Assembly: GCA_964016885.1 (NCBI GenBank)
Contig: OZ024747.1
Span: forward strand, 30,008,001 to 30,072,000
Length of the DNA stretch: 64,000 nucleotides
From: Eledone cirrhosa
Lineage: Eukaryota
Direction of reading: 5' to 3'
The position numbers were made by a program, and so were the translations under genes. Positions 25,101 to 39,345 of the stretch are shown piece by piece (position 1 is the first letter of the stretch; every line of letters starts with the position of its first letter). The notes under the pieces were generated by a model, which saw only the letters and a list, made by a program, of their open reading frames with translations, ran no database searches and was not told where the DNA came from.

Positions 25101-28100
25101 AAAAAACATTTTTTCCAAATACTGTGAAAAAACCTAAAAAAATCAATTTTAGAAATTAGAAGTAAATATTTCGAAAAGTGTAAACAAATTGATTATTTTA
25201 GGTTTTTCACAAATTGATCATTTTACACAGTATTTCGAAAAATTGTTTTTTTTCAAAAAAGATTGATTTTTTTCTTTTGAAATATCTACTTTCTGATTTC
25301 GAAAATTGTTATATATTTTGTATTTTAAAAAAATTTTTCAACGTGTATGTATAAATGTATAAACGCATTTTTTCCAAATACTGTGTAAAATGATCAATTT
25401 GTGAAAAACCTAAAAAAATCAATTTTAGAAATCAGAAGTAAATATTTCGAAAAGTATAAAAAAATTGATTATTTTAGGTTTTTCACAAATTGATCATTTT
25501 ACACAGTATTTCGAAAAATTGTTTTTTTACAAAAAACATTGATTTTTTTTCTTTCGAAATATAGACTTTCTGATTTCGAAAATTGATATATATTTTGTAT
25601 TTTTCAAACACAATGTATAAACGCATTTTTTTGAAAAAAAACATTTTTTCCAAATACTCTGTAAAATGATCAATTTGTGAAAAACCTAAAAAAATCAATT
25701 TTAGAAGTCAGAAGTAAATATTTCGAAAAGTATAAAAAAATTGATTATTTTAGGTTTTTGATAATTTTACACAATATTTCGAAAATTTGTTTTTTTTCAA
25801 AAAAGATTGATTTTTTTTCTTTTGAAATATCTACTTTCTGATTTCGAAAATTGTTATATATTTTGTATTTTTAAAAAGTTTTTCAATGTGTCGAAACATA
25901 ATGTATAAACGCATTTTTTCCAAATACTGTGTAAAATGATCTATTTGTGAAAAAGCTAAAAAAATCAATTTTACAAATCGGAAGTAAATATTTCGAAAAG
26001 TATAAAAAAATTGATTATTTTAGGTTTTTCACAAATTGATCATTTTAAACAGTATTTCGAAAAATTATTTTTTTTCCCAAAACATTGATTTTTTTCTTTC
26101 GGAATATATACTTTCTGATTTCGAAAATTGATATATATTTTGTATTTTTCAAACACAATGTATAAACGCATTTTTTTGAAAAAAAACATTTTTTCCAAAT
26201 ACTGTGTAAAATGATCAATTTGTGAAAAACCTAAAAAAATCAATTTTAGAAATCAGAAGTAAATATTTCGAAAAGTGTAAACAAATTGATTATTTTAGGT
26301 TTTTCACAAATTGATCATTTTACACAGTATTTCGAAAAATTGTTTTTTTTCAAAAAAGATTGGTTCTTTTTTCTTTCGAAATATCTACTTTCTGATTTCG
26401 AAAATTGTTATATATTTTGTATTTTTAAAAAATTTTTCAACGTGTATGTATAAATGTATAAACGCATTTTTTCCAAATACTGTGTAAAATGATCAATTTG
26501 TGAAAAACCTAAAAAAATCAATTTTAGAAATCAGAAGTAAATATTTCGAAAAGTATAAAAAAATTGATTATTTTAGGTTTTTCACAAATTGATCATTTTA
26601 CACAGTATTTCGAAAAATTGTTTTTTTACAAAAAACATTGATTTTTTTTCTTTCGAAATATAGACTTTCTGATTTCGAAAATTGATATATATTTTGTATT
26701 TTTCAAACACAATGTATAAACGCATTTTTTTAAAAAAAAACATTTTTTCCAAATACTGTGTAAATTGATCAATTCGTGAAAAAACCTAAAAAAATCAATT
26801 TTAGAAATCAGAAGTAAATATTTCGAAAAGTGTAAACAAATTGATTATTTTAGGTTTTTCACAAATTGATCATTTTACACAGTATTTCGAAAAATTGTTT
26901 TTTTACAAAAAACATTGATTTTTTTTCTTTCGAAATATATACTTTCTGATTTCGAAAATTGATATATATTTTGTATTTTTCAAACACAATGTATAAACGC
27001 ATTTTTTTAAAAAAAAACATTTTTTCCAAATACTGTGTAAATTGATCAATTCGTGAAAAAACCTAAAAAAATCAATTTTAGAAATCAGAAGTAAATATTT
27101 CGAAAAGTGTAAACAAATTGATTTTTTTAGGTTTTTCACAAATTGATCATTTTACACAGTATTTCGAAAAATTGTTTTTTTTCAGAAAAGATTGATTTTT
27201 TTTCTTTTGAAATATCTACTTTCTGATTTCGAAAATTGTTATATAATTTCTATTTTTAAAAAATTTTTCAGCGTGTATGTATAAATGTATAAACGCATTT
27301 TTTCAAAATACTGTGTAAAATGATCAATTTGTGAAAAACCTAAAAAAATCAATTTTAGAAGTCAGAAGTAAATATTTCGAAAAGTATAAAAAAATTGATT
27401 ATTTTAGGTTCTTCACAAATTGACAATGTTACACAATATTTCGAAAATTTGTTTTTTTTCAAAAAAGATTGATTTTTTTTCTATCGAAATATATACTTTC
27501 TGATTTCGAAAATTGATATACATTTTGTATTTTTCAAATATTTTTCAACGTGTTGAAACAGTGTATAAACGCATTCTTTTGAAAAAAAAACATTTTTTCC
27601 AAATACTGTGAAAAAACCTAAAAAAATCAATTTTAGAAATTAGAAGTAAATATTTCGAAAAGTGTAAACAAATTGATTATTTTAGGTTTTTCACAAATTG
27701 ATCATTTTACACAGTATTTCGAAAAATTGTTTTTTTTCAAAAAAGATTGATTTTTTTCTTTTGAAATATCTACTTTCTGATTTCGAAAATTGTTATATAT
27801 TTTGTATTTTTAAAAAATTTTTCAACGTGTATGTATAAATGTATAAACGCATTTTTTCCAAATACTGTGTAAAATGATCAATTTGTGAAAAACCTAAAAA
27901 AATCAATTTTAGAAATCAGAAGTAAATATTTCGAAAAGTATAAAAAAATTGATTATTTTAGGTTTTTCACAAATTGATCATTTTACACAGTATTTCGAAA
28001 AATTGTTTTTTTACAAAAAACATTGATTTTTTTTCTTTCGAAATATAGACTTTCTGATTTCGAAAATTGATATATATTTTGTATTTTTCAAACACAATGT

Positions 28101-31100
28101 ATAAACGCATTTTTTTGAAAAAAAACATTTTTTCCAAATACTCTGTAAAATGATCAATTTGTGAAAAACCTAAAAAAATCAATTTTAGAAGTCAGAAGTA
28201 AATATTTCGAAAAGTATAAAAAAATTGATTATTTTAGGTTTTTGATAATTTTACACAATATTTCGAAAATTTGTTTTTTTTCAAAAAAGATTGATTTTTG
28301 TTCTTTTGAAATATCTAATTTCTGATTTCGAAAATTGTTATATATTTTGTATTTTTAAAAAATTTTTCAGCGTGTATGTATAAATGTATAAACGCATTTT
28401 TTCCAAATACTGTGTAAAATGATCAATTTGTGAAAAACCTAAAAAAATCAATTTTAGAAATCAGAAGTAAATATTTCAAAAAGTATAAAAAAATTGATTA
28501 TTTTAGGTTTTTCACAAATTGATCATTTTACACAGTATTTCGAAAAATTGTTTTTTTACAAAAAACATTGATTTTTTTTCTTTCGAAATATAGACTTTCT
28601 GATTTCGAAAATTGATATATATTTTGTATTTTTCAAACACAATGTATGAACGCATTTTTTTGAAAAAAAGCATTTTTTCCAAATACTGTGTAAATTGATC
28701 AATTTGTGAAAAACCTAAAAAAATCAATTCTAGAAATCAAAAGTAAATATTTCGAAAAGTGTAAACAAATTGATTATTTTAGGTTTTTCACAAATTGATC
28801 ATTTTACACAGTATTTCGAAAAATTTTTTTTTTTCAAAAAAGATTGATTTTTTTTCTTTCGAAATATCTACTTTCTGATTTCGAAAATTGTTATATATTT
28901 TGTATTTTTAAAAAGTTTTTCAACGTGTCGAAACATAATGTATAAACGCATTTTTTCCAAATACTGTGTAAAATGATCAATTTGTGAAAAACCTAAAAAA
29001 ATCAATTTTAGAAATCAGAGGTAAATATTTCGAAAAGTATAAAAAAATTGATTATTTTAGGTTTTTCACAAATTGATCATTTTACACAGTATTTCGAAAA
29101 ATTGTTTTTTTACAAAAAACATTGATTTTTTTTCTTTCGAAATATATACTTTCTGATTTCGAAAATTGATATATTTTTCAAACACAATGTATAAACGCAT
29201 TTTTTTGAAAAAAAACATTTTTTCCAAATACTCTGTAAAATGATCAATTTGTGAAAAACCTAAAAAAATCAATTTTAGGTCAGAAGTAAATATTTCGAAA
29301 AGTATAAAAAAATTGATTATTTTAGGTTTTTCACAAATTGATAATTTTACACAATATTTCGAAAATTTGTTTTTTTTCAAAAAAGATTGATTTTTTTTCT
29401 ATCGAAATATATACTTTCTGATTTCGAAAATTGATATACATTTTGTATTTTTCAAATATTTTTCAACGTGTTGAAACAGTGTATAAACGCATTCTTTTGA
29501 AAAAAAAACATTTTTTCCAAATACTGTGAAAAAACCTAAAAAAATCAATTTTAGAAATTAGAAGTAAATATTTCGAAAAGTGTAAACAAATTGATTATTT
29601 TAGGTTTTTCACAAATTGATCATTTTACACAGTATTTCGAAAAATTGTTTTTTTTCAAAAAAGATTGATTTTTTTTCTTTTGAAATATCTACTTTCTGAT
29701 TTCGAAAATTGTTATATATTTTGTATTTTTAAAAAATTTTTCAACGTGTATGTATAAATGTATAAACGCATTTTTTCCAAATACTGTGTAAAATGATCAA
29801 TTTGTGAAAAACCTAAAAAAATCAATTTTAGAAATCAGAAGTAAATATTTCGAAAAGTATAAAAAAATTGATTATTTTAGGTTTTTCACAAATTGATCAT
29901 TTTACACAGTATTTCGAAAAATTGTTTTTTTACAAAAAACATTGATTTTTTTTCTTTCGAAATATAGACTTTCTGATTTCGAAAATTGATATATATTTTG
30001 TATTTTTCAAACACAATGTATAAACGCATTTTTTTGAAAAAAAACATTTTTTCCAAATACTCTGTAAAATGATCAATTTGTGAAAAACCTAAAAAAATCA
30101 ATTTTAGAAGTCAGAAGTAAATATTTCGAAAAGTATAAAAAAATTGATTATTTTAGGTTTTTGATAATTTTACACAATATTTCGAAAATTTGTTTTTTTT
30201 CAAAAAAGATTGATTTTTTTTCTTTTGAAATATCTACTTTCTGATTTCGAAAATTGTTATATATTTTGTATTTTTAAAAAGTTTTTCAATGTGTCGAAAC
30301 AAAGTATAAACGCATTTTTTCCAAATACTGTGTAAAATGATCTATTTGTGAAAAAGCTAAAAAAATCAATTTTACAAATCGGAAGTAAATATTTCGAAAA
30401 GTATAAAAAAATTGATTATTTTAGGTTTTTCACAAATTGATCATTTTAAACAGTATTTCGAAAAATTATTTTTTTTCCCAAAACATTGATTTTTTTCTTT
30501 CGGAATATATACTTTCTGATTTCGAAAATTGATATATATTTTGTATTTTTCAAACACAATGTATAAACGCATTTTTTTGAAAAAAAACATTTTTTCCAAA
30601 TACTGTGTAAAATGATCAATTTGTGAAAAACCTAAAAAAATCAATTTTAGAAATCAGAAGTAAATATTTCGAAAAGTGTAAACAAATTGATTATTTTAGG
30701 TTTTTCACAAATTGATCATTTTACACAGTATTTCGAAAAATTGTTTTTTTTCAAAAAAGATTGGTTCTTTTTTCTTTCGAAATATCTACTTTCTGATTTC
30801 GAAAATTGTTATATATTTTGTATTTTTAAAAAATTTTTCAGCGTGTATGTATAAATGTATAAACGCATTTTTTCCAAATACTGTGTAAAATGATCAATTT
30901 GTGAAAAACCTAAAAAAATCAATTTTAGAAATCAGAAGTAAATATTTCAAAAAGTATAAAAAAATTGATTATTTTAGGTTTTTCACAAATTGATCATTTT
31001 ACACAGTATTTCGAAAAATTGTTTTTTTACAAAAAACATTGATTTTTTTTCTTTCGAAATATAGACTTTCTGATTTCGAAAATTGATATATATTTTGTAT

Positions 31101-34100
31101 TTTTCAAACACAATGTATAAACGCATTTTTTTGAAAAAAAACATTTTTTCCAAATACTGTGTAAAATGATCAATTTGTGAAAAACCTAAAAAAATCAATT
31201 CTAGAAATCAAAAGTAAATATTTCGAAAAGTATAAAAAAATTGATTATTTTAGGTTTTTCACAAATTGATCATTTTACACAGTATTTCGAAAAATTGTTT
31301 TTTTACAAAAAACATTGATTTTTTTTCTATCGAAATATATACTTTCTGATTTCGAAAATTGATATACATTTTGTATTTTTCAAATATTTTTCAACGTGTT
31401 GAAACAGTGTATAAACGCATTCTTTTGAAAAAAAAACATTTTTTCCAAATACTGTGAAAAAACCTAAAAAAATCAATTTTAGAAATTAGAAGTAAATATT
31501 TCGAAAAGTGTAAACAAATTGATTATTTTAGGTTTTTCACAAATTGATCATTTTACACAGTATTTCGAAAAATTGTTTTTTTTCAAAAAAGATTGATTTT
31601 TTTCTTTTGAAATATCTACTTTCTGATTTCGAAAATTGTTATATATTTTGTATTTTTAAAAAATTTTTCAACGTGTATGTATAAATGTATAAACGCATTT
31701 TTTCCAAATACTGTGTAAAATGATCAATTTGTGAAAAACCTAAAAAAATCAATTTTAGAAATCAGAAGTAAATATTTCGAAAAGTATAAAAAAATTGATT
31801 ATTTTAGGTTTTTCACAAATTGATCATTTTACACAGTATTTCGAAAAATTGTTTTTTTACAAAAAACATTGATTTTTTTTCTTTCGAAATATAGACTTTC
31901 TGATTTCGAAAATTGATATATATTTTGTATTTTTCAAACACAATGTATAAACGCATTTTTTTGAAAAAAAACATTTTTTCCAAATACTCTGTAAAATGAT
32001 CAATTTGTGAAAAACCTAAAAAAATCAATTTTAGAAGTCAGAAGTAAATATTTCGAAAAGTATAAAAAAATTGATTATTTTAGGTTTTTCACAAATTGAT
32101 AATTTTACACAATATTTCGAAAATTTGTTTTTTTTCAAAAAAGATTGATTTTTTTTCTATCGAAATATATACTTTCTGATTTCGAAAATTGATATACATT
32201 TTGTATTTTTCAAATATTTTTCAACGTGTTGAAACAAAGTGTATAAACGCATTTTTTTGAAAAAAAGACATTTTTTCCAAAAAAATCAATTTTAGAAATT
32301 AGAAGTAAATATTTCAAAAAGTGTAAACAAATTGATTATTTTAGGTTTTTCACAAATTGATCATTTTACACAGTATTTGGAAAAATTGTTTTTTTTCAAA
32401 AAAGATTGATTTTTTTTCTTTTGAAATATCTACTTTCTGATTTCGAAAATTGTTATATATTTTGTATTTTTAAAAAGTTTTTCAACGTGTCGAAACATAA
32501 TGTATAAACGCATTTTTTCCAAATACTGTGTGAAATGATCTATTTTTGAAAAAGCTAAAAAAATCAATTTTAGAAATCGGAAGTAAATATTTCGAAAAGT
32601 ATAAAAAAATTGATTATTTTAGGTTTTTCACAAATTGATCATTTTAAACAGTATTTCGAAAAATTATTTTTTTTCCAAAAACATTGATTTTTTTCTTTCG
32701 GAATATATACTTTCTGATTTCGAAAATTGATATATATTTTGTATTTTTCAAACACAATGTATAAACGCATTTTTTTGAAAAAAAACATTTTTTCCAAATA
32801 CTGTGTAAAATGATCAATTTGTGAAAAACCTAAAAAAATCAATTTTAGAAATCAGAAGTAAATATTTCGAAAAGTATAAAAAAATTGATTATTTTAGGTT
32901 TTTCACAAATTGATCATTTTACACAGTATTTCGAAAAATTGTTTTTTTATCAAAAAAGATTGATTTTTTTTCTTTCGAAATATATAATTTCTGATTTCGA
33001 AATTTGATATATATTTTGTATTTTTAAAAATTTTTCAATGTGTCGAAACATAATGTATAAACGCATTTTATCCAAATACTGTGTAAAATGATCTATTTGT
33101 GAAAAAGCTAAAAAAATCAATTTTAGAAATCGGAAGTAAATATTTCGAAAAGTATAAAAAAATTGATTATTTTAGGTTTTTCACAAATTGATCATTTTAA
33201 ACAGTATTTCGAAAAATTATTTTTTTTCCAAAAACATTGATTTTTTTCTTTCGGAATATATACTTTCTGATTTCGAAAATTGATATATATTTTGTATTTT
33301 TCAAACACAATGTATAAACGCATTTTTTTGAAAAAAAACATTTTTTCCAAATACTGTGTAAAATGATCAATTTGTGAAAAAGCTAAATAAATCAATTTTA
33401 GAAATCGGAAGTAAATATTTCGAAAAGTATAAAAAAATTGATTATTTTAGGTTTTTCACAAATTGATCATTTTAAACAGTATTTCGAAAAATTATTTTTT
33501 TTCCAAAAACATTGATTTTTTTCTTTCGAAATATATATTTTCTGATTTCGAATATTGATATACATTTTGTATTTTTCAAATATTTTTCAACGTATGTATA
33601 AACAATGTATAAACGCATTTTTTTGAAAAAAAACATTTTTTCCAAATACTGTGTAAATTGATCAATTTGTGAAAAAACCTAAAAAAATCAATTTTAGAAA
33701 TCAGAAGTAAATATTTCGAAAAGTTGATTATTTTAGGTTTTTCACAAATTGATCATTTTACACAGTATTTCGAAAAATTGTTTTTTTTCCAAAAACATTG
33801 ATTTTTTTCTTTCGGAATGTATACTTTCTGATTTCGAAAATTGATATACATTTTGTATTTTTCATATATTTTTCAACGTGTTGAAACAGTGTATAAACGC
33901 ATTCTTTTGAAAAAAAAACATTTTTTCCAAATACTGTGAAAAAATCTAAAAAAATCAATTTTAGAAATTAGAAGTAAATATTTCGAAAAGTGTAAACAAA
34001 TTGATTATTTTAGGTTTTTCACAAATTGATCATTTTACACAGTATTTCGAAAAATTGTTTTTTTTCAAAAAAATATCTACTTTCTGATTTCGAAAATTGT

Positions 34101-37100
34101 TATATATTTTGTATTTTTAAAAAGTTTTTCAACGTGTCGAAACATAATGTATAAACGCATTTTTTCCAAATACTGTGTAAAATGATCTATTTGTGAAAAA
34201 GCTAAAAAAATCAATTTTAGAAATCAGAAGTAAATATTTCGAAAAGTATAAAAAAATTGATTATTTTAGGTTTTTCACAAATTGATCATTTTACACAGTA
34301 TTTCGAAAAATTGTTTTTTTACAAAAAACATTGATTTTTTTCCTTTCGAAAATTGATATATATTTTGTATTTTTCAAACACAATGTATAAACGCATTTTT
34401 TTGAAAAAAAACATTTTTTCCAAATACTCTGTAAAATGATCAATTTGTGAAAAACCTAAAAAAATCAATTTTAGAAGTCAGAAGTAAATATTTCGAAAAG
34501 TATAAAAAAAATTGATTATTTTAGGTTTTTCACAAATTGATAATTTTACACAATATTTCGAAAATTTGTTTTTTTTCAAAAAAGATTGATTTTTTTTCTA
34601 TCGAAATATATACTTTCTGATTTCGAAAATTGATATACATTTTGTATTTTTCAAATATTTTTCAACGTGTTGAAACACAGTGTATAAACACATTCTTTTG
34701 AAAAAAAAACATTTTTTCCAAATACTGTGAAAAAACCTAAAAAAATCAATTTTAGAAATTAGAAGTAAATATTTCGAAAAGTGTAAACAAATTGATTATT
34801 TTAGGTTTTTCACAAATTGATCATTTTACACAGTATTTCGAAAAATTGTTTTTTTTCAAAAAAGATTGATTTTTTTCTTTTGAAATATCTACTTTCTGAT
34901 TTCGAAAATTGTTATATATTTTGTATTTTTAAAAAATTTTTCAACGTGTATGTATAAATGTATAAACGCATTTTTTCCAAATACTGTGTAAAATGATCAA
35001 TTTGTGAAAAACCTAAAAAAATCAATTTTAGAAATCAGAAGTAAATATTTCGAAAAGTATAAAAAAATTGATTATTTTAGGTTTTTCACAAATTGATCAT
35101 TTTACACAGTATTTCGAAAAATTGTTTTTTTACAAAAAACATTGATTTTTTTTCTTTCGAAATATAGACTTTCTGATTTCGAAAATTGATATATATTTTG
35201 TATTTTTCAAACACAATGTATAAACGCATTTTTTTGAAAAAAAACATTTTTTCCAAATACTCTGTAAAATGATCAATTTGTGAAAAACCTAAAAAAATCA
35301 ATTTTAGAAGTCATAAGTAAATATTTCGAAAAGTATAAAAAAATTGATTATTTTAGGTTTTTCACAAATTGATCATTTTAAACAGTATTTCGAAAAATTA
35401 TTTTTTTTCTCAAAACATTGATTTTTTTCTTTCGGAATATATACTTTCTGATTTCGAAAATTGATATATATTTTGTATTTTTCAAACACAATGTATAAAC
35501 GCATTTTTTTAAAAAAAAACATTTTTTCCAAATACTGTGTAAATTGATCAATTCGTGAAAAAACCTAAAAAAATCAATTTTAGAAATCAGAAGTAAATAT
35601 TTCGAAAAGTGTAAACAAATTGATTATTTTAGGTTTTTCACAAATTGATCATTTTACACAGTATTTCGAAAAATTGTTTTTTTACAAAAAACATTGATTT
35701 TTTTTCTTTCGAAATATATACTTTCTGATTTCGAAAATTGATATATATTTTGTATTTTTCAAACACAATGTATAAACGCATTTTTTTAAAAAAAAACATT
35801 TTTTCCAAATACTGTGTAAATTGATCAATTCGTGAAAAAACCTAAAAAAATCAATTTTAGAAATCAGAAGTAAATATTTCGAAAAGTGTAAACAAATTGA
35901 TTTTTTTAGGTTTTTCACAAATTGATCATTTTACACAGTATTTCGAAAAATTGTTTTTTTTCAGAAAAGATTGATTTTTTTTCTTTTGAAATATCTACTT
36001 TCTGATTTCGAAAATTGTTATATAATTTCTATTTTTAAAAAATTTTTCAGCGTGTATGTATAAATGTATAAACGCATTTTTTCAAAATACTGTGTAAAAT
36101 GATCAATTTGTGAAAAACCTAAAAAAATCAATTTTAGAAATCAGAAGTAAATATTTCGAAAAGTATAAAAAAATTGATTATTTTAGGTTCTTCACAAATT
36201 GATAATGTTACACAATATTTCGAAAATTTGTTTTTTTTCAAAAAAGATTGATTTTTTTTCTATCGAAATATATACTTTCTGATTTCGAAAATTGTATATA
36301 CATTTTGTATTTTTCAAATATTTTTCAACGTGTTGAAACAGTGTATAAACGCATTCTTTTGAAAAAAAAACATTTTTTCCAAATACTGTGAAAAAACCTA
36401 AAAAAATCAATTTTAGAAATTAGAAGTAAATATTTCGAAAAGTGTAAACAAATTGATTATTTTAGGTTTTTCACAAATTGATCATTTTACACAGTATTTC
36501 GAAAAATTGTTTTTTTTCAAAAAAGATTGATTTTTTTCTTTTGAAATATCTACTTTCTGATTTCGAAAATTGTTATATATTTTGTATTTTTAAAAAATTT
36601 TTCAACGTGTATGTATAAATGTATAAACGCATTTTTTCCAAATACTGTGTAAAATGATCAATTTGTGAAAAACCTAAAAAAATCAATTTTAGAAATCAGA
36701 AGTAAATATTTCGAAAAGTATAAAAAAATTGATTATTTTAGGTTTTTCACAAATTGATCATTTTACACAGTATTTCGAAAAATTGTTTTTTTACAAAAAA
36801 CATTGATTTTTTTTCTTTCGAAATATAGACTTTCTGATTTCGAAAATTGATATATATTTTGTATTTTTCAAACACAATGTATAAACGCATTTTTTTGAAA
36901 AAAAACATTTTTTCCAAATACTCTGTAAAATGATCAATTTGTGAAAAACCTAAAAAAATCAATTTTAGAAGTCAGAAGTAAATATTTCGAAAAGTATAAA
37001 AAAATTGATTATTTTAGGTTTTTGATAATTTTACACAATATTTCGAAAATTTTTGTTGATTTTTGTTCTTTTGAAATATCTACTTTCTGATTTCGAAAAT

Positions 37101-39345
37101 TGTTATATATTTTGTATTTTTAAAAAATTTTTCAGCGTGTATGTATAAATGTATAAACGCATTTTTTCCAAATACTGTGTAAAATGATCAATTTGTGAAA
37201 AACCTAAAAAAATCAATTTTAGAAATCAGAGGTAAATATTTCGAAAAGTATAAAAAAATTGATTATTTTAGGTTTTTCACAAATTGATCATTTTACACAG
37301 TATTTCGAAAAATTGTTTTTTTACAAAAAACATTGATTTTTTTTCTTTCGAAATATATATTTTCTGATTTCGAAAATTGATATATATTTTGTATTTTTCA
37401 AACACAATGTATAAACGCATTTTTTTGAAAAAAAACATTTTTTCCAAATACTCTGTAAAATGATCAATTTGTGAAAAACCTAAAAAAATCAATTTTAGGT
37501 CAGAAGTAAATATTTCGAAAAGTATAAAAAAATTGATTATTTTAGGTTTTTCACAAATTGATAATTTTACACAATATTTCGAAAATTTGTTTTTTTTCAA
37601 AAAAGATTGATTTTTTTTCTATCGAAATATATACTTTCTGATTTCGAAAATTGATATACATTTTGTATTTTTCAAATATTTTTCAACGTGTTGAAACAGT
37701 GTAATAAACGCATTCTTTTGAAAAAAAAACATTTTTTCCAAATACTGTGAAAAAACCTAAAAAAATCAATTTTAGAAATTAGAAGTAAATATTTCGAAAA
37801 GTGTAAACAAATTGATTATTTTAGGTTTTTCACAAATTGATCATTTTACACAGTATTTCGAAAAATTGTTTTTTTTCAAAAAAGATTGATTTTTTTCTTT
37901 TGAAATATCTACTTTCTGATTTCGAAAATTGTTATATATTTTGTATTTTAAAAAAATTTTTCAACGTGTATGTATAAATGTATAAACGCATTTTTTCCAA
38001 ATACTGTGTAAAATGATCAATTTGTGAAAAACCTAAAAAAATCAATTTTAGAAATCAGAAGTAAATATTTCGAAAAGTATAAAAAAATTGATTATTTTAG
38101 GTTTTTCACAAATTGATCATTTTACACAGTATTTCGAAAAATTGTTTTTTTACAAAAAACATTGATTTTTTTTCTTTCGAAATATAGACTTTCTGATTTC
38201 GAAAATTGATATATATTTTGTATTTTTCAAACACAATGTATAAACGCATTTTTTTGAAAAAAAACATTTTTTCCAAATACTCTGTAAAATGATCAATTTG
38301 TGAAAAACCTAAAAAAATCAATTTTAGAAGTCAGAAGTAAATATTTCGAAAAGTATAAAAAAATTGATTATTTTAGGTTTTTGATAATTTTACACAATAT
38401 TTCGAAAATTTGTTTTTTTTCAAAAAAGATTGATTTTTTTTCTTTTGAAATATCTACTTTCTGATTTCGAAAATTGTTATATATTTTGTATTTTTAAAAA
38501 GTTTTTCAATGTGTCGAAACATAATGTATAAACGCATTTTTTCCAAATACTGTGTAAAATGATCTATTTGTGAAAAAGCTAAAAAAATCAATTTTACAAA
38601 TCGGAAGTAAATATTTCGAAAAGTATAAAAAAATTGATTATTTTAGGTTTTTCACAAATTGATCATTTTAAACAGTATTTCGAAAAATTATTTTTTTTCC
38701 CAAAACATTGATTTTTTTCTTTCGGAATATATACTTTCTGATTTCGAAAATTGATATATATTTTGTATTTTTCAAACACAATGTATAAACGCATTTTTTT
38801 GAAAAAAAACATTTTTTCCAAATACTGTGTAAAATGATCAATTTGTGAAAAACCTAAAAAAATCAATTTTAGAAATCAGAAGTAAATATTTCGAAAAGTG
38901 TAAACAAATTGATTATTTTAGGTTTTTCACAAATTGATCATTTTACACAGTATTTCGAAAAATTGTTTTTTTTCAAAAAAGATTGGTTCTTTTTTCTTTC
39001 GAAATATCTACTTTCTGATTTCGAAAATTGTTATATATTTTGTATTTTTAAAAAATTTTTCAACGTGTATGTATAAATGTATAAACGCATTTTTTCCAAA
39101 TACTGTGTAAAATGATCAATTTGTGAAAAACCTAAAAAAATCAATTTTAGAAATCAGAAGTAAATATTTCGAAAAGTATAAAAAAATTGATTATTTTAGG
39201 TTTTTCACAAATTGATCATTTTACACAGTATTTCGAAAAATTGTTTTTTTACAAAAAACATTGATTTTTTTTCTTTCGAAATATAGACTTTCTGATTTCG
39301 AAAATTGATATATATTTTGTATTTTTCAAACACAATGTATAAACG
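18700..39345 (+). repeat. Block duplication: ~18.7-26.7 kb copied at ~31.3-39.3 kb (offset 12,623-12,624)
   Basis: ORF offsets 20015/32639, 21135/33758, 23569/36192, 24654/37277 and 26040/38663. Boundaries approximate. Confidence 0.88.
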